NCBI GenBank assembly: GCA_003344405.1 | Contig: NOWV01000238.1 | Location: 1-64,000 of the forward strand | Source: Trichoplax sp. H2 | Lineage: Eukaryota | DNA: 64,000 nucleotides | Direction of reading: 5' to 3' | In this document: positions 38,501 to 51,901 of the stretch, piece after piece | How the letters are laid out: the number at the start of each line of letters is the position of its first letter | Position numbering within the stretch: position 1 is the stretch's first letter | Program-made: the position numbers and the translations under genes | The notes under the pieces: generated by a model | Told to the model about the DNA's origin: nothing | What the model saw: only the letters and a program-made list of their open reading frames with translations | Databases searched by the model: none

Positions 38501-41500
38501 CAAATGCTAATAAATATGCTTGTATAGTTTATATTGTGTACGTTGTATTCCATCAGGAAAAAGATGTTATTGTCTTACGTAAATAATTTATTAGAAAGAA
38601 TAATTCATAAGATTTACAATAATAAAATCATCAAACGTGTTCGTCAAATTAAGGTAAACTATAGTCATTGAAAATCAAATCTGTTTGTAAATATATTGAG
38701 ATAAAAGATGCACGTGAACCCTACCTCCACCGGCAAGTCCAGTGAGTGCGGCTGCAATATAGATAGTTTCAATGAACGGGTAGATAAACGAGACCATGTA
38801 AAAACTAACACGCGAATATAAATATACAAACAAGAAATATAATAAACTCGATAGAACACTTTAATCTATTAATGTTAATCACTCATTAGTGACTCATATT
38901 CGATGTTGTTTTCATCTATGTCAGAATTATTAAGTTGCCACTACACTGAAAAATTTTTAGATAGAGTAATATTTTATTTCATTTCATACTAAACTGGTAG
39001 TTATGAGATATAAAGCACTTTACAGCATTATTTTGCTTATGAAATCATATCAAATTACTGTATATACTGTACGGTAGACAAGAGAAGAAAGTACTACTGG
39101 ACTTTCATGCGAACTTTACACTGCTTATTAAAGAAAATATAAGTGATACTGGATAAGAATTATTTTATGTTTTTCAATATCTGTATGTGAATAGTAGTAC
39201 TTAAAGTGTAGCTAGTTCGAATTCTGATCAATGACTACCTCTACCTCTACACAGTAACCTTGTCGATATCACTATTTACACTTCGATTTAACAACTAACA
39301 AGCTCTCTTAGAATTATCGTTTTATATGTATATCAAATTTTACGTTATGCAAGATATTGAATTCGATAGCCTTGGCTCTTAACTCACCAATAGCAAGCTC
39401 CAGCAATTAGACAACTTAATTTAATACCAAGAAAATCCGTAATAATTGGTCCAAACCACTTGGATATTGCGAATATTCCGTATAAAATAGCTAAACTGTA
39501 ATGGCGCAGGAGAAAAAACGATTTACATTTTTATCTCAAATGTACTGGCTTAGTGTATCATATTATCTTTCTTGCTAATGAAAATAACTATATAATACTA
39601 ATCTACAATCATTAAATGACATTAAATCATCGCATAAATGTCAGACTAATGTTGTAATAAGATAGTAATGCTTTACAATATTTTTTATAAAAGTATTCTA
39701 TAACATAAGTAAATAGTATAAGAACTGATGGATAGGCTATCGGTAACTTGTCGGTAGTGTTTTATACTGATCCGTATAAGGAAAATTTTGAAGTTTTAAT
39801 TCTAACTTTGTAGTAATGCCGTAGTAACGTTTAATTAAAAACTGCGTTTACCTACAATAACTATATGATATCATCAAAAGAAGAAGTAGAAGGCTATTGA
39901 ATATAATATAGTTGAAATGAATGGATAATTAAATAATCTTAATTTATTGCTAGTAAATATAAAATAGTAATCGCTCTTGGTCTATAGCGATTAACGTTAA
40001 TGTTAATAAATCGTTGGATAAAATCCTCGTTATAAGAACAGCTACCTTAACTTATCTTCTAAAATAATTACTATCATGCATGTATCAGAAAGCTCTGGAT
40101 TGGGGTGGCCAATTAGTAGTTAGCTTACAAATAAATCAGATCATATCAGTAATTCTTACATCGGATAGAATTACTCGTGCATTTATTAAAGTATAACTTC
40201 AGCTGTTTAATAGTACGGTGGTAATTATTCTTTGAATGTTATTTTGAATGAAAAAATTAAAATTCGTAGTAATTGGCAAAGTACTTATAAAAGAAAAGTT
40301 TTGGCCATTATTTGTTAGAGTTGCTTAATTTGCAATATTAATTTATTTCTAAAACTATCATCTCTTACCTATTATAGCCTTGGGCTAAGATAAAAATTAT
40401 ATTGGATACCGATATAGATTGAAAAAATAGAAAGTTAGTCGGAACAATCAATAATCAAATATTGTTAGATTGACGATTTATAAAATGCAAATTACAGTAA
40501 ATAAACATAACATGTTATGCGAATTTGATTAGTATACTGAATTCGGGAATAAGATAGAGCTTATTTAATAATTAGTTTCAAACTATATCCATAGCTAATA
40601 AAATCATAGAAATTAATGTAATGGATTATCATTATTAACTGATGACGGGATACTAATATATACTCATAAATAAGTATACAACGATAAGCTTACCTTTAAA
40701 TTCGATGCCGTCTTTATGAGCTGCTTGACGGTAAGTTATTGTTACTCTTTGCTAAATTTTAATATATTAATTATATGTTATTAAAGACGATGAGAACAAA
40801 TAATTGAAATACTTCTTATATTAACGTATTTTAAATATTGCTATGGCTTAATAGTCAATTTATATGTAAGGGTTTCATTTTAGTTCTTAAATTTCTTGAC
40901 AAATAGGGTCATCACTAGATGACTTAAATTCTGATGGTTAATTATAGTATTAGGAATCGATGATCTCCTCGATACAAAATTACGCTATCGTATGATACTA
41001 TACTTCATGAAGCGGTGATGTTAGTTAGCTTATGCTATAACAATCCGTTATAATCACTCTTTTATTTGTATAAGTAGTTGGTGTTTGTTTCCATACCCCA
41101 CTGGACTATAGTAAATTCCCCAGGGGGTTTACGAACGACGTAGCGGGCATGAAGAAAAATGAAAAACGTTGACGGTAAAATAAAGGTTTGAAAGTTTTTT
41201 CTTGAAATATATCTGTTTAATGTAGCTATAAAATCAGTAAAATAACTTTAAATTAAGTTGGAATAGTAATATTTATAAGTCTAGATAAATTTCGAACAAG
41301 ATATAAAATTGAATCGCTGCTTTTCGTGCTAGTTGCTTAAGTTAGGTGTGGATATTTGACAAATGGCTTCAGGTTCTTAAATTAATGGGAAACGTTGGGG
41401 CTATCAAATAAAAAGATTGCTTAACAAGCCGTGGTTATGACATTAAAGAAGACGGAAGTCGAGAATTTATTCATTAATTTGAGAAAAGAGTATGCAATCA

Positions 41501-42165
41501 AGGATACCATTAAGAAATAAGCAACAACTATTAGTGATAGGAAATAGAATGAATGATCACTAATGACCGTTGACTATCCTAAATTTATAGAAGTATCTAT
41601 TTGGTGTATTTTGATATGATAAGCCGTCAATGGATATCTAGTGATAGAAATAGAGTGGAATATTTTGAGAGGCTACTATCGTTGTTAGAAATGGCATTTA
41701 ACTGATTATTTTTGTTTTTAAGTAGACGGCGTGAATTAATTGAAACTCGGATCAATACAAACTATATTGAATAGTTACAGGCATATTATTTTGTGTTATT
41801 TTCTTGTGAACTTAACTAAGCACTATCAACATGTTTGCCAAATGAGAAAATTTGGATCGTTACCTAACATCATTTTAGGTTGATTTACGATATTCATAAC
41901 AGTAATGTAAGTCATCATACTATCAAAGATTGATTAAGAATATAAATTACAGTGATTGTACACCAGTAGAAGATCGATTTAATTCGGAAAAATACTAGGC
42001 CTAAGTTATGGTGCTAACGTTGATAATTGAATTAAAAGTAGGGTATAAGGATTAATACGACGATGGCTACCTTACCTCAATTTCTAGGCATACTTTAAAC
42101 GACGCAAAGATTAACATAAAAGAGAAGCTAAGTAAGAGAATATTGGAAATCCCGAGATAGCCCAT
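35590..42165 (-). CDS. UNC93-like MFS transporter, divergent MFSD11 paralog (multi-exon)
   Basis: MGYLGISNILLLSFSFMLIFASFKVCLEIE|...AQGYNSLAILYGIFAISKWFGP...LWTAQANIV...IFWGCMQF...IGIAGIILGIGEII|GGSLFG...FFLGLGDSCFYSQ|IYSILG...VFEVFTFIQSLS...REL*. Exon structure parallels the copy at 61054-64000. Confidence 0.85.
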
Positions 42166-42622
42166 AATTTCAACGTTTATGAACGCTCAAGGAAGCAAAT
42201 CAGTTGAGCCAGACGAAATTGGTTAATTTAATTTTCAATCTAATTTTGGTAGTGATATCAACGAACGTTAGAGTATATAGTAGTCTCGAGATGATGGAGT
42301 AGAATAGATAATTGTACTGTATATTAAGAAATAATAAGAGTATGAGTCGTATATCTTATTTTACATTGAATTAGCTAGAACTGTATTATAGAACGTTGTA
42401 TTTAGTCATCCAATAATTAGATATTGGCAATTCTCAATGGGGATGTCTATTATTCTAAATTGAATAGATGATCGTATTTGATGAAGGGATTGGCAATATA
42501 TTATACATTAGACATTCATATTGATATAAAGACATTGAACAATAGTTGCTGATAGAATAATATGGCTATTCAAGGCGTTTTAGAATAGATGAATTACATG
42601 ATTGGGCAGTTATTTTATATCC

Positions 42623-42727
42623 TGCCGAGGTAGGATAGAGATATTGTAGAAGAAAAGTACCTGTGGGCTTAGGTTGCCGAGGTAGGATAGAGATATTGTG
42701 ACAGAAAAGTACCTGTGGGCTTAGGTT
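42623..42727. repeat. 52-bp near-perfect tandem duplication
   Basis: tgccgaggtaggatagagatattgt...agaaaagtacctgtgggcttaggt twice, head to tail, ~460 bp upstream of the MFSD11-like ATG. Confidence 0.92.
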
Positions 42728-44369
42728 GGACGAATAGTGATGTTATTGGAAGGCGTCGACGATGTACATATGAACTATTATGGAAAGTTGATGGTGTAAT
42801 ATGATAGCGAGTTAACAGAGAATAAAATAGGTGATATTTAGCTTGAGTTAAATACTGTATAATTAGATGAGAGTAAAGTATTATGGCTAAAAGTAGCTGA
42901 AATAGTATTGGTCTGTGATTGTAGGCATGATCTACCATATTGTCAAGCACACACTGTATTGTAATAACAGTAAATTGCGAAGTCATCTAAATTAACTCGC
43001 AGCACTTGCATTATCCATCAGCGTCAATATTGTCGTTGTCATGTTAATAATAACTGCGATGACAATTACAAAATGGTGAGCAAGCCAGCAAGGATGGATA
43101 AATTTAGAAATGATATAGGCGTCATTGCCATTTTCTAGATAGTACAAAGTCGTTTTCTATTTTGACGACTAGTATGTACAACAGCACGGATTGTATAAGC
43201 TTAACACTTGTATATTACACGCTCAGGGATACTTTGTCACGAGTTGATTTTATCTACTCGTATATCATGATCTTAATGGATGCTATTGGTATGTTCGTAA
43301 GTAACTTTAGCATAGGCAATAGCTACGAGGGAACCCGTTAACAATCATAATAATGACATAGGCAATGATGTTGCATACTTGTTGATTTTAAGCGCAAGAT
43401 GTAGTACAATTTTATAATACTATGCCATTTTACGGAGATTTCAATTCTTGTTCTATCTACAGTGCAATAATTATGCAATACGAGCGTTGTATTAGTACAG
43501 AGAATTCTTGAAGATAATTCAAGAAAGAGATTGCGGATTCAACATGTTTCTCTCCAACAATTTAGCAGTTGGAAACTGTTAGGAAATGATCGATCACCCT
43601 ATTGCTTCCACTCGGAGCAGGTCATCGGCTAGTTCAATGGTTCAGTGTCATGGATTAGGTTATACTCGTATTAAAAATAAATAATTAACTTCCCTTTCTA
43701 TATATATATAATATAATTAAAAGATCCAGCAGTTTTGCAAACGGTGATTTTTGAAATGCAGTATACTGTTCCAATCTTGAAAATTGACGGTATTTACTTA
43801 TGATAACATCGTATACAGTGGAGGGCGAATTGAACGATATAAGATTAATTTATAACAATGAATAGATTCGCCAAACTAAGATATAAACGTGCAGTAAGAT
43901 ATTCGTTATACTGCCTAATATCATCCTGCATTAATCTCCATGTGTTGTTCACGCTACAAAGTCTTTTTCAGCACTGTACCCTCCCTCATGCAGTGAAATC
44001 GGCGCGATTGATCAATTCCATTCATTTTATTCTAACTAGAAATATCGATTTTACACTTTAATCACTGTAATAGAGATCTTCAAGATGAAAGCTACAAGGA
44101 CTATTAAAAAGAAAGAGAGGGACAGGAAACGGTGGTTCAATATACACAAAATGTGGGGGCCGACTATTTTGTTGGCCATTTCAAGTGAAATGCCTATCTG
44201 AAACGATGCACTATACTGTACTGTCCATGATGGTCACCTCCATTTTTAGCTACTTGGTTTGTTATTAATTTGGTTTTGGATCAGTACAGTAGTAGTATAC
44301 GGTTTCAATATGAAGCATACACTGTCGACGATTGTCATCCAGCTGCTGGGTTGGTTTTGTCATGGTTCT

Positions 44370-44612
44370 TTTCAAGATTCGTTCAGATGATGAATTGGGA
44401 TAATGCACCAAGTCTGTAATCATCGAAACGAATCTTCAAGGTTTCAGCTTGAAGCGATAGACTGTCCATCAGGGATTAGTCGAAGTAGTCGCTGTGTTCG
44501 CGATAGTCAGCTGCTCGGTTAGGTTTCGTTTTGCCATGTTTCTCTTAAGATTGATTCAGCGGATCGGGATAATGCACTAAGTAAATGATCATGTCAACAA
44601 ATCTTCAAGGAA
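44370..44612. repeat. Degenerate duplication (~170-bp spacing) upstream of EIF3L
   Basis: aagatt..ttcag...gggataatgcac.aagt....atcat...a..aatcttcaagg at ~44373-44441 and ~44547-44610. Confidence 0.7.
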
Positions 44613-44954
44613 ATGAGCTGCTGCTGGATTGGATTGCTTTTGCAATGTTGTTCCTACAGCAGTTTATGCTTTTCTACAGGGTCGTATGGCCGATTTGAGT
44701 GTGTTTCAGTACTAGCATGGCCAGGAAAAATGATCGGCGGCCATATTCTTCTTCTTTTGCACTCCATAGCCTTGTCCTTCTCTCCGTCCAGTCTAGTCCC
44801 TCCTCAAGAGACAAGAGGAGAATTAAAATCCATAGTAAGAGTACTGTACGGCTCGAGTGGATCGAGTATGCTATTTACTATGGAATCAATGTACTGTATC
44901 GTAGGTGTTGTACTACTAGACTGGCAGTCGACGACAGAGGACACGCAAAGCAGC

Positions 44955-47900
44955 ATGGCCAGCCAAGATCAAGGAATTTATACGGCCGCCGAGGAATTTG
45001 TTGGCGCTCAAGTAAGTCAATTAATCGATTACTTTTAATCTTGTACAATCAAATTGGGATAGAATAATATGGACTATAGATTGTCTAAGATACAAGTACC
45101 ACTTGTAGCTTAATATTATACAGTTTCAATCTTGGAAATGGGGATTGTACTAACTGCAAATTTCTTCATCTTGTATCTATTATAATCTTGCTTGTCCAGC
45201 TTGATTCATTACCACCAACATTTACTGCTAGTTCCGATTATGATGGAGGCATCATTGATGGTAGGTAGTATTGGTTATGATTATTATAACGTAATAACTC
45301 ATTTGTAATGGAGTCTGCTATATCCTGATAAAATGATCACTTTTAGCAGCCAATACTATACACTCGACAACATTATGTGCGATTGAAAATGTCTTCTAAT
45401 TCAGACAGCAGTCTTAGGACTCGCACATCAGTCAATTTTACTGCACTATTTCGCTAGTAGACTATTGAGATCCAACAATTTAGATACAAACTTGATATTG
45501 TTTATTGTAGAAATCATCAATGACGTACGTAAACTAAGATTTGGCAAATTATCGATACAGTATAGGGTAGAGTATACAGAGTTATGTGATCTCCTCATCA
45601 ATCATGTCCATTATCTATCTTGACTGTACAGTATACTATACTCGTATTTGTAAAATTCGGTGATGGTTTGCTTGCATGCTTAGAATTCACCGCAGCCGAC
45701 ACAGTAAAAATGGCATAGCGTAGTATAATTTGAAGTAATAGAGTGTGTTATACAGCTGCTATGCTCCAGTATTTTTACTTCCATTTATGTTGTATTGTCT
45801 ATTTCGGTAACGAGATGGTAGCTTCGATATAGCACTGAAACTCTTGAATTGGCTTACTTGTAATTTATCAGCCAAAAACGATATAGAATGGGACAAATTT
45901 TGTAATACGTATCAGTCTTGTGTAGATTTACGAAAGTGCATTATGATAATGCATGCCATATCCTTTTACCTCTTACATCATTCCCCAAGTCGTACATGAT
46001 TGATGATTGTAATACAATAACTTCCCATCACTTTTTATTCAACTTTCATGTTATACTGTACAACCACAGCGATGTTCTACCCTGTAGAATACTTCGCATT
46101 TGAAATGGAATAACTAATAATAATAGGGTCTTTGGAGATACTGTAAATTTGATTAGCTTGTCGTGCATGCTATTAGGATGCTGTGAAATTGCATCATGTT
46201 GAACGCGAGATCTAGTGTTTTCACTTGGTATCATGATAGACGACATGTTGTCATACTTACCAAAGACATAATATTTTCTTCACTTGCCGTGACCACTTGT
46301 AGATTATGAAGAACAGCCCACTACCAACGTAAATCAAACTTATGGAGTTCCTGAATTCGTGAAAAACTTTATTCGATCTCTTTATAGAGCCTTCACGGAA
46401 AGAGTAAGTTTAGTTTCAACTTGAATTAAGCACCATATTCTAATAGATAATACTGCAATGATACGTCGGTAACTGCTACTTTGACGCACCGATTGTTAGA
46501 ATAAAATAAAAATAATCTGGTCTAATATCTAGCTTATAGGGGAATAATATTGCTAGTGTAGACTACTGTTACATGTTAATCATGCTCAAATTCTACATAG
46601 TTATGTTGATATACGGTATGCGTGTCCATTAAAAAACAACTAGATTATCATGGCACTATAATAACTATTTACCATTAATATTGACAATCTAGCGAGTTGA
46701 TGAAATGCAGATACTATGCGAAGCTGGGTAAGAAAGGAGTCTTAATTTTGCATCTAGCGTGACCGGTAGAAGTGCATAAATTTAATTTAAAGTTCTGTCT
46801 ATGTACTTTCTCAATTTATACTAGTTTCATTAAGATCACGGAACGTGCATTTAGCAAATCGGCGTGGCCCGATGCTGACAGAATTGCTCCACTTGTTAAT
46901 AACGGTGAGGGAACAATCGACGTGGTTAGCACTTTGTGTATTCAGCTCTTTGATTCAATGGGCGTATTCATCATTTGTCATGCACGACTAGAATAATAAA
47001 TTAGATAAAGTCACTTTATGGAACCTTTTCGTTGGAAAATTTTACTAATATCTCCTATCCCTAAATACTAGACGAAATTTTCCTAATCTTTTACAAGGAG
47101 CTTTGCTTTCGTCATATTTATGATAAGTTGCAGGTACAGTAACGCTATTCCACGTGCATATATATTATCTACGTTTGAATCATTGTTAATATTGACAAGC
47201 AATGAAAGCTGATTAATTTTCTTACGACCCTAATATCGACGCGCATCTGCTCCATTATGTGCTCGTATGATGGTGTTTCGATAGATATTTATGTTTTAAA
47301 TCTTCTAACTTGTATTTACATTAATTTTTAATATAGCCTACACTGGATCAAAGATTTGAATCTTACTACAACTACTGCAATTTATTCAACTGTATTCTAA
47401 GTAAGCATCAACTACTCTATTGTACTTATGATACAGTTACATAAATAACTACATTTGCCGATGCTACAATTATAATTACTTATCTTGAGTACCTTCTATA
47501 TATTTATAGTAATACTTAAAAAAAAATACGGTAACCAATTCCAACATTTTAAGATTTTCAAGTAGTTTCTACGGTAGTAATTGCTAATCATATTATCCTT
47601 AAATAACCTTATCGTAAAAATTAATTTCATAGGTGCCAAAGCTCCGGTACGTCTTGAGTTACCTCATCAATGGTTATGGAATATTATAGATGAATTTATA
47701 TATCAGGTAATGACGGAATGATAGTAAGTAGTAGAGCGTGTAGCTAGCGCTAACCCAAAATTATAACAAATGACGATGTATGCCTTCATTTATTTTCTAT
47801 TGTAGTTTCAATCGTTTAGCCTTTATCGTTATAAGTTAAAGCATAAGCAGGAAAATGATTTAGCAATGCTACGCGACCACCCTAAGGTAGGAAATAATTC

Positions 47901-50017
47901 TTTTATTGCAAATTTGGCCCGATTCAGTTGTTATGCTTGCTAATGATTAGTATGAACTGTTTTCTAAGGTATGGAATGTTCACGGCGTATTGAACGTCTT
48001 GCACTCATTGGTTGAAAAATCTCAAATTAATAGCCAGGTGAGATTTTATTAATTAGAAATAGAAACAATAATATATCAGGAAAATGCATACCACAACTTG
48101 AATTCATTACATAACTTTCTGATTTTCGTAAATGTAGCTCAAGGCCTATAATAATGGTGATGATCCGAAATCAGTTGCTGATGAATTTGGAAATTGCCCT
48201 TTATACAAGATGTTGGGGTATTTTAGTTTAATTGGCTTATTGCGTTTACATTCACTTTTGGGTGACTATTACCAAGCTATCAAAGTACTCGAAAATGTAC
48301 AATTAAACAAAAAGGTGCAGGAACGATTTAAAGTCATGTTATAATGATTACTTTATAATCATTTTTGAATGATGTTATACTGTATATAATAACCATTGGG
48401 ATCGTTACTTTAATAGAGTCTTTATGCGGTAGTGCCGGCTTGTCAAGTTACTACTTATTACTACGTCGGATTCGCATATCTTATGATGAGGCGTTATCAG
48501 GTACTTCTAAATAAATGGCTACGTTGCCCGGTTATCAAGTTATTTTTTCTTTACGAGTATTCAATTGAAGTAATATTTATTTGGCTATACTACTTATAGG
48601 ATGCAATTCGTTCATTGTCCAATATACTTTTATACATTCAAAGAACGAAAAATATGTTGCAAGACAAATCTTACCAAATTGATCAAGTTTGTTGATATGT
48701 GCTTAAATCGTTGTTTTTTGTCGATTTAGACTAATTCAGTGAGATAATGTACGACATTTGCTCTATAGATAGCTAAAAAGGAACTTCAAATGTACGCTTT
48801 GTTAGCGATGGCGTGGATAATGTGCCCATGCGTAAGTCAACTTTAATACTATGATGAAACATTAAGAAATAAATAATGAAAAGATTACTGTTTTCATTAA
48901 ATTAAATTTTATAGAGAATTGACGAGAGTGTGCTGTCGATGTTGGGAGATAAATATGATAAAGAAAAATTCATTAAACTTCAGCAAGGGTAATGAGAGAA
49001 ATTTCGAATTAAAAGTAACTGGTACTTGAATTCTTAGTATTTCATGCTATTTCGTTAATAGGAATTTGCAACAATTTGAAGATTCGTTTGCGTATGCATG
49101 TCCAAAGTTTGTGTCTCCAGTAGTTCCGGATTACGATACTCTCAGTCAAAGCCAACATAAGGTCAGAGTATGTTATATACCAATTTTCTTTATGATCAAT
49201 TGAAACTTAAATCATACTTTGGCTGATCTCAATCAATAGGCGCCATATCAATTTCAATTAAAAAATTTCGTAAACGAGGTAAAGCAGCAAGTTGCAATCC
49301 CGATTATAAGAAGGTTGGTAGAAAAAAATTTCTTAATAGCTTTTGTGATCAACTTGATTGAATTAATTATGCTTCTATTTTATAGTTACTTAAAGCTATA
49401 CACCACCATGCCAGTGGCTAAATTGGCCGCCTTCTTAGATATGGTAAGTTATGTTTTTGACTCAGGGTATTGGCTGTTTTTCTTTAGTAATAAATTCAAT
49501 TCTTTTCGTTAAGGATGAGGATAATTTTCGCGCTCAGCTCTTATCCTTTAAGGTGATTTATAATCTTTATAATCCGACGTGTATTTACTTATTGAACTCT
49601 TGCAATTGCTCTTTTTAACATTACAAGATCTTTTTATGATCGTATTTAGCATAAAATGAGCAATTTGGTATGGACTAAAGGTCAACGAGCTATAGACGGC
49701 GAATTTCAAACATCATCGGGAGTTAGCTTTTTTATTGATGAGGTACATAGGCTAAAGCAAACATTTATCAATTTACAGTCTGAAAATATAACGTAATACT
49801 TGTAATGCTTGAAATTTTAGGACATGATACATATTAATGACTGCAAAGTAGTTCCAAGATACAGCGAATTCTTTTTACAGCAAATACGCAAATACAACGA
49901 GGTATGTTTTTCGAATAGATTTAAGAGTATGAGCGTAGTTTTGTACAAGATAAGATACAAATCTGATTGACTACTTTCAATTTGTATAAACTACAGTTGG
50001 TGAAAGGTCTGTCCTAA
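44955..50017 (+). CDS. EIF3L: Eukaryotic translation initiation factor 3 subunit L (multi-exon)
   Basis: [165 protein letters not shown]. Confidence 0.96.
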
Positions 50018-51901
50018 ATAGCATTCAATTGCGAAAGCTGTGTTCGAAAGATGTAATGTTATAAAAGTTGAAATTGGACTAACGATATTTTCTCGTCAAC
50101 CACCTTGTACATGTCTACGATATCACAATTGCAAGGTCTAATATATAATGTGATAGTGATTGTACTAACAGTAGTAGTCAAGTTTTAATTGATTCTTTAG
50201 AATTACAACTGTAGACGTAATTTTACGTTTGCTAGTATAAAGAGACGTATTGAGCTCTGTACGTATTTGATGTCGTTTGCGTTATAAATAAATAAATTTA
50301 AATACTGGTAATTGCTGAAGGCTTGATCTTGAATGCTTGCTTTCCTATGTTAATGATACTGGTTTATAGCCTAAAATTGGTACGGAAGTGATACAATTTT
50401 TACTGCTGTAAATGTTTTAGGTATTATTATTATCAAAAAATTGGTTTATCGGATTGAAAGCTTAGAAATAGACGTGTATAAGTCTCCGATTGCCTTACTT
50501 AAACTATTTTCACGGCACTCTATCAGGAAGGATTATTAAAAGAAATACAGTGTCTCTTAATTTAATATAGTCCCTGATTACACAGTATAGTAGATACAGA
50601 ACAAATTAATGATAAAGCACCTGAGATAGTATTTCTAAGATGGCGAAATTGTAAGTTACAAGACATGCTGCTAGTTGACAAGAATTTATTCCTCATCACA
50701 ATTACACTTGATATCATGACCGGCTAACGATGTGGATTTTAAGTGATGTATTCGTATAGCTTTAGTATACGCGTAATTCGCTATTATTACATGCATGCAT
50801 CATGGCGGGGTTAAAATTTTACAACTTTCGTGCACAATTGATATCATCTATTAAGGAGCGTGATTACGTATCATACCAATAATGGAAAAGTACACCATGA
50901 TAGATTTAAGCCAGCTGCAATCTTATTATATTGCTTATGCACACGCGTCAAATAAATGGCGCTAAATCAGTAAATAGTATCAAACAGGGAAGTGTTCTAT
51001 TAATTAATAGGATTTTTTTATTATATAGTAATTATTTCTAGCGTAATGAGCGTACAGTACACTTTTTGATATACTCGTAGTAAAACCATTGCTACAACCT
51101 TATATCGATGCACATACCTTTAGTATTGGATTACAATATTATATTTCTATATATGTATATTCGTAGATTATTTGTTTACAAGGAAATGGATAATGAAGAT
51201 TTTTAAACGCATCCTTCAATCTACAACTACAATAACACAATCCATCATTACATGATAAAAAATTCAGTGGAAGTCGCAATATAGTTATAATATACTTAAA
51301 ATGGTCACAATTTCTACCGCATAGCTTTCATTACTGATAACAAATATACTGCCAGTTGACAGTACTATGACATTGTGTCATTTCTATTCAACCAAATACA
51401 TAGAACACTAATTGAAGAAGAAGGGAATTTGCAAGCACTGTCAGGAATAAGTTCAGATGTTGAAATTTATGCAATGACTTGGGTATAGCTTTGGCATATT
51501 CATACAGTACCAGGTCCTGTCTTAGCATCATCATGATGGGATTGTTAAAAGACCTCTAACACCAACAATAACTTTTAATTAGGTTTAAAAAATAGAGATC
51601 GTAAAAAGGCAGTAACATCATAGGAAAATAGTGCAAAGTCAGGTTAGTTTGTTAATATTAATAAGCACATCTACAACTACCATTATGGACATGGTTACAC
51701 AGAATAAATTTCACAACATGTGACGGACAAATTTATTGCTATTATGGTCGATAGGTAGTAGATTTAGATGGCTTACAAGGATGAAAATGATTTTATCTTT
51801 GTTATGGTCAATACGTGTAATGTACAAGATACTGCTTGAATGTAACAGTCAGTTGTTATTATTAATTCATTAACACTTAAGGTTGCATCGCATGTCTTGA
51901 T

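Noticed and set aside
41094..41155. GC-rich patch with a small hairpin in an MFSD11-like intron
   Set aside because: Short G-U-dependent stem, no tRNA or snoRNA hallmarks, and the ATG-initiated frame stops after 14 codons.
44613..45067. 141-aa and 122-aa ORFs at the EIF3L 5' end
   Set aside because: Only 44955-45011 is the likely first coding exon. The rest is promoter, UTR or intron read-through.
45012..46301. Intronic box C/D snoRNA candidates in EIF3L (and other translation-factor introns)
   Set aside because: TGATGA motifs were seen, but without a suitably spaced CTGA and terminal stem. A covariance-model search would be needed.
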